From positions 10,862,435-10,903,517 of the forward strand of contig NC_068983.1 in assembly GCF_001194135.2 (NCBI RefSeq): a DNA stretch of 41,083 nt. The letters are read 5' to 3'. Source of the stretch: Octopus bimaculoides. Taxonomy: Eukaryota. Positions 33,395 through 41,083 of the stretch are shown piece by piece. How positions within the stretch are numbered: the stretch's first letter is position 1; every line of letters begins with the position of its first letter. The notes beneath the pieces were generated by a model. That model saw only the letters and a program-made list of their open reading frames with translations, was not told where the DNA came from and did no database searches. A program made the position numbers and the translations under genes.

Positions 33395-33920
33395 CCCAGA
33401 GCCAGAAATTTTGGTGGGGAGATGAGTTGTAATTAATTTAATTACTCCAGTATCTCAACAACATCTATTTTATTGTTTCCACTGGTGATTGATCTCGACA
33501 TGACTAAAGACCACGTAATATGTCACCAATTCAACACTGCCATCCACTTTTCTTCTCATAATTCTTTCTACTATAAGCACAAAGCCTGAAATTTTGCGGG
33601 AGGAAAAGGGGTGGGCCAGTTAATTACATTGACCCCAGTGCTTGACTGGTACTTTTTTTGCCATCCTCAAAAGGATATAAAGCAGAATTTGAACTCATAA
33701 TGTAAAGATTCTGGGAGAATTGCTTCTAAGCATATTGTCTGGTATACTGATGTTTCTCACAGCTCACTGCCTCTCTGTCCTTCTAATAATATAACGGCTG
33801 TTTTCTAGCATTGGTGCAAATTTAATGGAGAAGTGCAGATAGTCGAATTATTTCCTGTACTTACCTGGTACTCTGTTTTATTGACCTACCCTCCTGGAAG
33901 AACTAAGTGCTGAATTGATA
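33395..33920 (-). mobile_element. Cluster of decayed family C fragments
   Basis: Repeated ttacattgaccccagtgcttgactggtact and gaatttgaactc motifs in reverse orientation. Confidence 0.6.
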
Positions 33921-34214
33921 TTGATGGGATAATGTTTTCTAATTTCAAAACACATTTTCAAGGAGGAGTTTGCAGTGTATCTTCAATGTTAACCCGAGAT
34001 TGCAGCATGTATTTCATTTTATCCCTCCTTACCACTTCGAAGGATGAAAGGCGGGATAAACTGATATTTTCTAACTTTAAAATATATTGTTGAAGTGTGT
34101 GTGTGTTAATGTAATACTCAAAACCTCAATATGCAGCTGGTATTTATTTCAATGGCATATTTTCATCCTGTCCTGAAGGATGAAAATTAAAGTTGAGTTC
34201 AGTACATTTGCTTC

Positions 34215-34345
34215 ATTGTCATCAATTTAACATCCACTTTTCCTGTGTTTGCATGGGTTGGATAGAATTTATTGACGCAAATTTTCAATGGCTGAATGCC
34301 CTTCCTGTTACCAAGTAAGGTAGCATTTCCCCCATGGCCAGATAT
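34215..34345 (-). mobile_element. SINE family G 3' end with RTE-like tail
   Basis: tttaacatccacttttcc..gcatgggttgg..gaatgcccttcctg..ccccatggccag; related to but distinct from family B. Confidence 0.6.
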
Positions 34346-34351
34346 TTTTTG

Positions 34352-34810
34352 TAGAATCTGCTTGCGAAGACCTGTTGGGGCAAGTGAAATCAAAATCGTA
34401 ATTGAACCAAATTTGATGACTCGCACCTGTGCCAGTGGAGCGCTAACAGTACCGTCCAAGCGTGATCATTGCCAGAGCAGCTGTCTGGCTTCTGTGCCAG
34501 TGGCACGTGAAATAGCACCATTTGAGCATGATCGTTGCCAGCATCGCTTTACTGGCTTCTGTGCAGGTGGCACGTAAAAAACATCATTTTGAGCGTGGCT
34601 GTTGCCAGTACCACCTGACTGGCCCTCGTTCCAGTGGCATGTAAAAGCACCCACTACACTCTCGGAGTGGTTGGTGTTAGGAAGGGCATCCAGCTGTAGA
34701 AACTGCCAAATCAGTTTGGAGCCTGGTGTAGCCATCTGGTTTCACCAGTCCTCAGTCAAATCGTCCAACCCATGCTAGCATGGAAGGCGGACGTTAAACG
34801 ATGATGATGA
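34352..34810 (+). mobile_element. RTE LINE 3' UTR (family B), long copy
   Basis: gcttgcgaagacctgttggggcaag through the internal units to the (GAT)n tail. Confidence 0.85.
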
Positions 34811-34925
34811 TTGGAAATGAATGATACTGCTTGTATGACAGTGATGTCAAAACAAGTAGACACCGTTTTACCTGAAGATCACAGGGGCATGAAATGCAAG
34901 TTGCAAGAAATGTTCTCAGCTTCAG

Positions 34926-34928
<3 letters not shown>

Positions 34929-34990
<62 letters not shown>
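34929..34990. repeat. (TA)n microsatellite
   Basis: Direct inspection. Confidence 0.95.
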
Positions 34991-36022
34991 TATTAAAAAT
35001 GAACTTCAATCTTGCTTGCTTGCAGTGTTACACAGCCAAACTAGTGTATAATGGGAAAATATTATGAGAGTTAAGTGTCCCTGAAATGTGAATACAAACA
35101 GCATAAAACAAGTTTTGTGTAAATTGGGTCAGTAGTTCTTGAGATATTGGGGGTTTTGTGGGTATAAATACCCAAAATGGTGTATAATGGGAAAATACTC
35201 CGAAAACAACGTAACCCTGAAAGGGAGAAAACTCTAACCTTTCAGTTAGACATATTAGTGACTTTAACTTGCCAACAAAGAAATACAAGTTGTTTTTTAC
35301 AGTAAATGTTTCTATTTTCATTTTTTTTAAACACAATATTTTAATCATTTAGAAATATTTTTAAGTGAATGTGATTTCAAGAATGTAAGTTATTTGTACA
35401 GTAAGTATTTATATTTTAGTTTTCTTTAAATAGACAATACTTTAATCTTTTTAAAAATTATTTTCAAGTGAATACCATTACAAAATTTCTTTTTGGCATA
35501 TTTTTAAAATAGTGAAAATGACTTTAAAAATACAGTAAATATTTCATAAAAGACCCATTCATAATCTTGGTGTGAAATAATTTATTTCTATAGGTTTATT
35601 TGAGTGCATTCAACGTATCTCACCTCCAAAGATTTGGCTGCTACCACGTAACAGCTATTTGTGATAAAGGACCCGAAATAACTGGGTGTGCAAGAAATAG
35701 CAGCCAAATCTTTCTTTTCTGAGGAAAGGAGCCATTTACATGTGATTTCAATGTCACATTTGTTGAAAGCATGTGAAATAACCTGGAAAAGAAAAATAGC
35801 TCTGAGGTCCCCACTTTCTTTTCCAGAAGAAAGTGACTTGTGGTGGGTTTGGGTGTGAGATACGTTGAGTGCATGGCTAAAGGGTTAAGTGGTATCAAGT
35901 TATATTAATTCTGAGCAGGAGTGGAATTATCACATGGCTGATCATTGTATTTAAATAATTACATACTAAAGCAATTCAATTAATATATCACTAACAAACC
36001 CTCAAGTTATTAATATTTGTAT

Positions 36023-36791
36023 TATTACCTCCACCAAGGAAGGAGGTTATGTTTTCATCAGTGTTGGTTTGTCCGTCTGTCCATCTGTGTGCAAAATAAC
36101 TCAAAAAGTTGTGAACAGTATTTGATGAAACTTGCAGGAAAAGTTGGTTATGACACAAGGAACAGATGATGAAATGTTGGTAGTGATCCGGGGATTTGTA
36201 TGGATTCTTGAAGGATTTTTCATTTGTTATATTTACTTTACATGAAGTATTACAATGTTACGTTGTTTGAATTCTTTCTCTGATTATCTCCCTTGAAAAC
36301 ACGTTCATGGTTTTCATGTAACCTATGGTGGCGTTGCTGCTTCCAAAGTTTTATTTTCGTTTCTCTATTAGTAATTTTACTCGCGTCTCTGTCTTACTAG
36401 AAACTGATGGATAAAGGGATCAAACTATATAAACAAATGGCAGCGAAACAGTTCAGAAATTAAATGGCACTAACATATTCAAGGGTTGCTAAAAATAGCA
36501 GCAAAGGAGGGAGTGGTAGCAGCAACTGATGCTGGACCCTTGGGGGATGATTGATACTATACTGACCACAGAGGGATGTAAAGTAGGTAGGTAGGTTTAG
36601 TTTGGTAAGGTTAGGGTCAGGGTTTTTTTTTTAAAATCATATGGCTATGTTATTTTTTTTTTACCCCCGCCAAGGAGGTTATGTTTTTGCGGGCATTGGT
36701 TTGGGAAATTGGGCGATTTTCAGCATGCGTTTATATGGGTGGAAATGACCTGCTTGGCGGAGGTCTGCGCTCTCCGAGTGCTTTTCTCGTT
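36023..36791 (+). mobile_element. Helentron-type non-autonomous rolling-circle element (HINE/DINE-1-like architecture)
   Basis: 5' subterminal acctccaccaag (36027-38) and 3' inverted cttggcggaggt (36753-64), terminal stem-loop gcgctc-tcc-gagtgc (36767-81), TT ends and an internal gtcc/gtct repeat. Confidence 0.7.
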
Positions 36792-37904
36792 ACAAAACAT
36801 TTGTTTTAAATAAATAACATTAACATCACAAATATACTTTGAACTTAGAAACAAAGCCTGTTGAGTATTTCTCCCCACCCCCNNNNNNNNNNNNNNNNNN
36901 NNNNACCCCTTCCCCCACGAAAGAAATATTTGTCAGGATGAATGATGAAACTACAAAGAATGCACATCAGCAGGCCAACACCACCTCCATTACATCAGTG
37001 GATAAGATGAAGGCAAATCTCAGGCTGCTTTTACTAATGATAGTTGTACAGCTGCTGAGTGACAGAGACTAACTGGAAACACAAATTTAGTTCTGAGAGA
37101 GAAAAATCAACGCTCAGGAATTAATATCTTGTAATTATATATGAAAACACCTACATGTAATTAACCTACCTGCATTCAACTTAGCTGACTGTGACATGAT
37201 GACAGATAAAAATAACGATGCGTAAAAACTAATATCATAATGTTTACCAACAATCATTATTATCACATCAGCAAGCTTCATTTAAGTTCATGCAATAGGT
37301 ATATTTCTATGATTTTTATACTGGACTTTCTGCATTTCATCAGAATCTTTCATTTCTAATTGGACTGGAAGAGTTATATAGAGAACGCAGTACAAGAATG
37401 TAAGAATTAAGTAGCCATAGAGCCTTAAATTTCACTACCTTTATCAAATAGGCAGATTATAACTGTAAACTATCTCATTGATAAAAAAGCAATTTATTGT
37501 TAAGGTTTAACTGAGAACCAGCTGCAAAACATTCACTCCACCTTCAGCAATAATTTTGTCATCCTGGCAGTGTAACTTGACATGCACATTTTGTGATCAG
37601 TCCATAGTTCTAGTTTCATGACTGCATAATGTATTTGTTTGTTAGTTTTTATTTATTATTTATTCATCTCTAGAGTGATGGAATAAGGTAACAGTTGTGC
37701 ACTGATCGGAATGCCTAAACTCAGAACTGCTTAGAATTAAGTTACTTTTAATTTATAACTTTCAATGTTATTTTAATTTAACTATTTTTTGACCTATAAA
37801 AAATATATTAATTTACTAAAACCCTTTACAAAGGTTAAAATTATCAATACACACAGCAAATAACTTTTCCAAATCAAATACATTAATAAATCTTAATTTC
37901 CTAC

Positions 37905-38065
37905 ACTCTTTGGGTGGTTGGCATTAGGAAGGGCATCCAACTGTAGAAACTCTACCCGATCAGATTGGAGCCTGGTGCAGCCATCTGGTTCACCAGTCCT
38001 CAGTCAAATCGTCCAACCCATGCTAGCATGGAAAGCAGACGTTAAACGATGATGATGATGATGAT
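37905..38065 (+). mobile_element. RTE LINE 3' end (family B), short
   Basis: ggttggcattaggaagggcatcc...gttaaacgatgatgat. Confidence 0.85.
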
Positions 38066-38529
38066 ATTGAGGATAACTTGCACGAACTCAAATAAATAAA
38101 ACCCTCAATAACCCAATTACTAATGACATGGACAACCCTTTAGAAACCCCCACCCCAACCAAAAAACAAAACACCACATAAAAATCTCATAAACAAAATA
38201 TTCCCATACTCAGCCATAAATAGCAACGCAAAACCAACTGCTCCATACTCAATATTAAATCCAGAAACCAATTCTGACTCACTCTTAGTAAAATCCCTTT
38301 AAGATCAGTACTAGACATTGCCAGGGCGAATTTGATTGATTATTACCTCTGCAAATATGTAATGGTTTCTGCTGCTGTAAGAATCCATTCTTGATATATC
38401 CTTCTCTAAGATAATATGAATCAGTTATTTACGAAGTAGCAAGGTTTTGCTTTTTGTGTGGCCAAATCAAATTGTTTTCTGTTGGAATGTATATATGTGT
38501 GTATATAAGTGCAGTTACATGTGTATTTC

Positions 38530-38670
38530 TAGATGTTGACACATGGCTGAATGGGTAAGAAGATCTTGGGTTCATCCTGTTGTCTGAAACCTGGGGCTAG
38601 TACCTTTGACCATAGCCTTAGTTCAACCCATGCCTGATGTGAAATTTGGTAGATGAACACTGCATAGAAT
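38530..38670 (+). mobile_element. Ancient family A-like SINE
   Basis: catggctgaatgggtaagaag..ctggggctag..catagcc..gtgaaatttggtagatg. Confidence 0.5.
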
Positions 38671-40169
38671 TTATTGTCTGTATCTGTTATTTAGAGGGCG
38701 AGTCAAGGAGTCAGACATATTGTATCATGCTGCTTCTGCCTAAGCATAACATATTATGGACTGCTTGATTATATTATAATGCTGTGAGTTCAGTTTATTG
38801 AACAGCTGCAACACTCATTGAAACGAACATGACAGCCATCGTCTCCATATGCACATCAACCTAGAATAAAGAAAATGAAAATTTAAAACATTTTTTTCTT
38901 CCACTGTTTTCTTCATCATTTTTACATTCATGTTCTAGTTTGACACTGTTCTAGAGTCTACTTTGACATGGTTCCTATGTTTGGATGCATTTTCTAACTT
39001 AACCACTCTGCAGCATGCCCTTGATGCTTTTATTTTTTCATGCTGCCAGCTCACAAGACTACAAACCCTAAGGGAGATGGGCTAGCTTTATGCTTAGGGA
39101 TGAAGGGTTGATGTATGAAAGAAGGTGGTGAGTGTTTCATTGGTTGGATAATTAGATTGTACCTTTTTTTAAGCAACAGTAACCTTTGCAGCACTGTATT
39201 ATGCAACTGGATGGATTAAGGACTAAGCTTACAAATACAGATCTCTGATTGTAGCAGATTCTGAAGAAATTTATTCTCAGTATCTCCTTTTGTAATTAGG
39301 GGCCAGACATGTATGTCCTTGTAGCTAATCTCTACAATTGTACCTTACTTTTCTCCTAATCAGATGAAAATATCAAGTGTGTAGAGCTTGTATTGCATAA
39401 AAACTGGTTGAAGTTGAATGAAGGTCTGCTATTTGGCAAGGTGGTCCTTTCTATTTTAATGAAGTCTTACTTGCTCGTGGATGTTGAAAATACACATATC
39501 CTTTTAAAGGAGATATGATTTATTTATTTTAACTACAAGAAAAGATACTAAAAAGATTCATACAATTGTCATTTTCTAATTTGTGAGATATGTACTCAAG
39601 TGTTATCTCTGTGTTTGTGTGTGTGTGTGTGTATAAATGCCAGGTGTTGAAACCAAACAGCCAGGCTGTTTAAGGTGGGTACCAAAGTATTTTCAGTAGG
39701 TTTAGAGTGTTTATTGAGGAATTCTCACACAACTCTCTCGGTGTTGATTGTTTCACTTTATAAATACTTATAAGATTTGAATTGTTTTCTTTGCTCTGTT
39801 GAACATGTTCAGTGAAAGAAACACATTTACTTCAATAGAACCTATAAAACGTAGAGATGGAACGGCTGAGTGGATAACATATTTAACTGCATACTCATAA
39901 GTCAATCTGTTGCAAGCATTTAATTTGTTCAGACCAGAATACTTTATTCCACACTACCTCACCTCATCTACAAGAATAGAGGAGGCTAGATCTCTTGGCA
40001 ATGTTACCTGTGACTTTTGAGCCTTGAGAATAGCTGGACTAAACTAAATATAGAAATATCTACAATAACTAGTTCATAAATGATCCCTTGGATATCAAAC
40101 AAGTTGCACATCACTTCTGTCTTTAACATCTCATCTTGCCTTGATCCCTGTGTCTTACTTCACACCAAG

Positions 40170-40500
40170 TGGAGACGCAATGGCCCAGTGGTTAGGGCGT
40201 TGTAAGTGTTTATTGAGCGAAAACACCTAAAAGCTCCATGAGGCTCTGGTAGGGGATGGTGGCGAACCCTGCTGTACTCTTTCACCACAACTTTCTCTCA
40301 CTCTTACTTCCTGTTTCTGTTGTACCTGTATTTCAAAGGGCCAGTTTTGTCACGCTGAATCTCCCCGAGAACTACATTAAGGGTACACGTGTCTGTGGAG
40401 TGCTCAGCCACTTGCATGTTAATTTCACGAGCAGGCTGTTCCATTGATTGGATCAACTGGAACCCTCGACGTCGTAAGCGATGGAGTGCCAACAACTTCA
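40170..40500 (+). mobile_element. tRNA-headed SINE family D
   Basis: A-box-like TGGCCCAGTGG head (no B-box seen), core shared with 17984-18170, caacaac tail. Confidence 0.75.
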
Positions 40501-40909
40501 CACCAAACACTTTGTTTCCCTTCCTTCATACTGAGGCCCTCTGAAATTCTCCCTCTGTTTACATTTTTTTCCTACTTCCATCAACCTATGGATGTTCAAA
40601 TTGAATGTCATCAACTCCACCATTCTGTATGAGATGAAGAGTGAATAATATACAAAGTACTTACTGACCCTGGTAGGAATGATTACTAAGTATTGTCTTT
40701 TTTTCTAATAAGACATTCAAGACATAAAGAGACATAATTAAAACCTAAATGAATGGCACTGTACCAATCCTGCCATTCTTGAATAAATGATAATTTTTAA
40801 TTATTCTTTTAAACTCATCTCCTCAAAATTGCTGGCCTTGTGCCTAAACTGAAACAATTATTCATTTAATAAACAATGATAGGTACTTTTTAGAGTTAAA
40901 TTTGTATAT

Positions 40910-41083
40910 AGGAGTGGCTGTGTGGTAAGTAGCTTGCTTACCAACCACATGGTTCCGGGTTCGTTCCCACTGCATGGTACCTTGGGCAAGTGTCTTCTAC
41001 TATAGCCTCGGGCCAACCAAAGCCTTGTGAGTGGATTTGGTAGACGGAAACTGAAAGAAGCCTGTCGTATATATGTATATATA
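40910..41083 (+). mobile_element. SINE family A, 5' part, cut by window end
   Basis: aggagtggctgtgtggtaagtagc head and core. Confidence 0.9.

Noticed and set aside
35040-35200. 18-bp direct repeat gtgtataatgggaaaata (35044 and 35180) in a possible Helitron-like fragment
   Set aside because: No termini identified; insufficient support.
36936-37072. Candidate exon after tgtcag
   Set aside because: Immediate stop in the phase-1 frame and no Tondu or other motif.
38692-38830. gagggcgagtcaa, resembling a mariner TIR start
   Set aside because: No matching second TIR or transposase motif found; too little to call.
1-41083. CRISPR array, operon or prokaryotic defence system
   Set aside because: The sequence is eukaryotic and repeat-rich; no regular repeat-spacer array or multi-gene cluster is present.

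Overview
AT-rich, microsatellite-laden eukaryotic genomic DNA from a gapped draft scaffold. The repeat families look like those I recall from Octopus genomes, so the taxon is an inference. There is no prokaryotic operon, CRISPR array, rRNA or intact tRNA gene. The one host coding feature I recognise is the first coding exon of a Vestigial-like 4 (VGLL4/Tgi-type) gene at 25205-25259 (+), reading METPLDVLSRAASLVETN and followed by a GTAAGT donor. I found no further exon, so the remaining ~15.8 kb is probably intron 1. Most of the rest is transposon debris: several tRNA-headed SINE families (my labels A, C, D, E, F, G), many 3' ends of an RTE-clade LINE (family B), two R4/Dong-clade LINE 3' ends in (TAA)n arrays, a decayed CR1/L2-type RT fragment, a mariner fragment, a DD41D (rosa-type) transposon with an internal inversion, a Helentron-type non-autonomous element and two hairpin/MITE-like elements. 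The best leads are two Penelope-type minimal hammerhead ribozyme motifs (one in the sense strand of the VGLL4 intron), a perfect 46-bp palindrome inside a decayed RT, the rearranged DD41D element, and SINE-head/RTE-tail chimeras. Nearly all ORFs in the supplied track are artefacts of repeats, microsatellites or N-gaps. Repeat boundaries were read by eye and are approximate to about 10-20 bp unless stated exactly.
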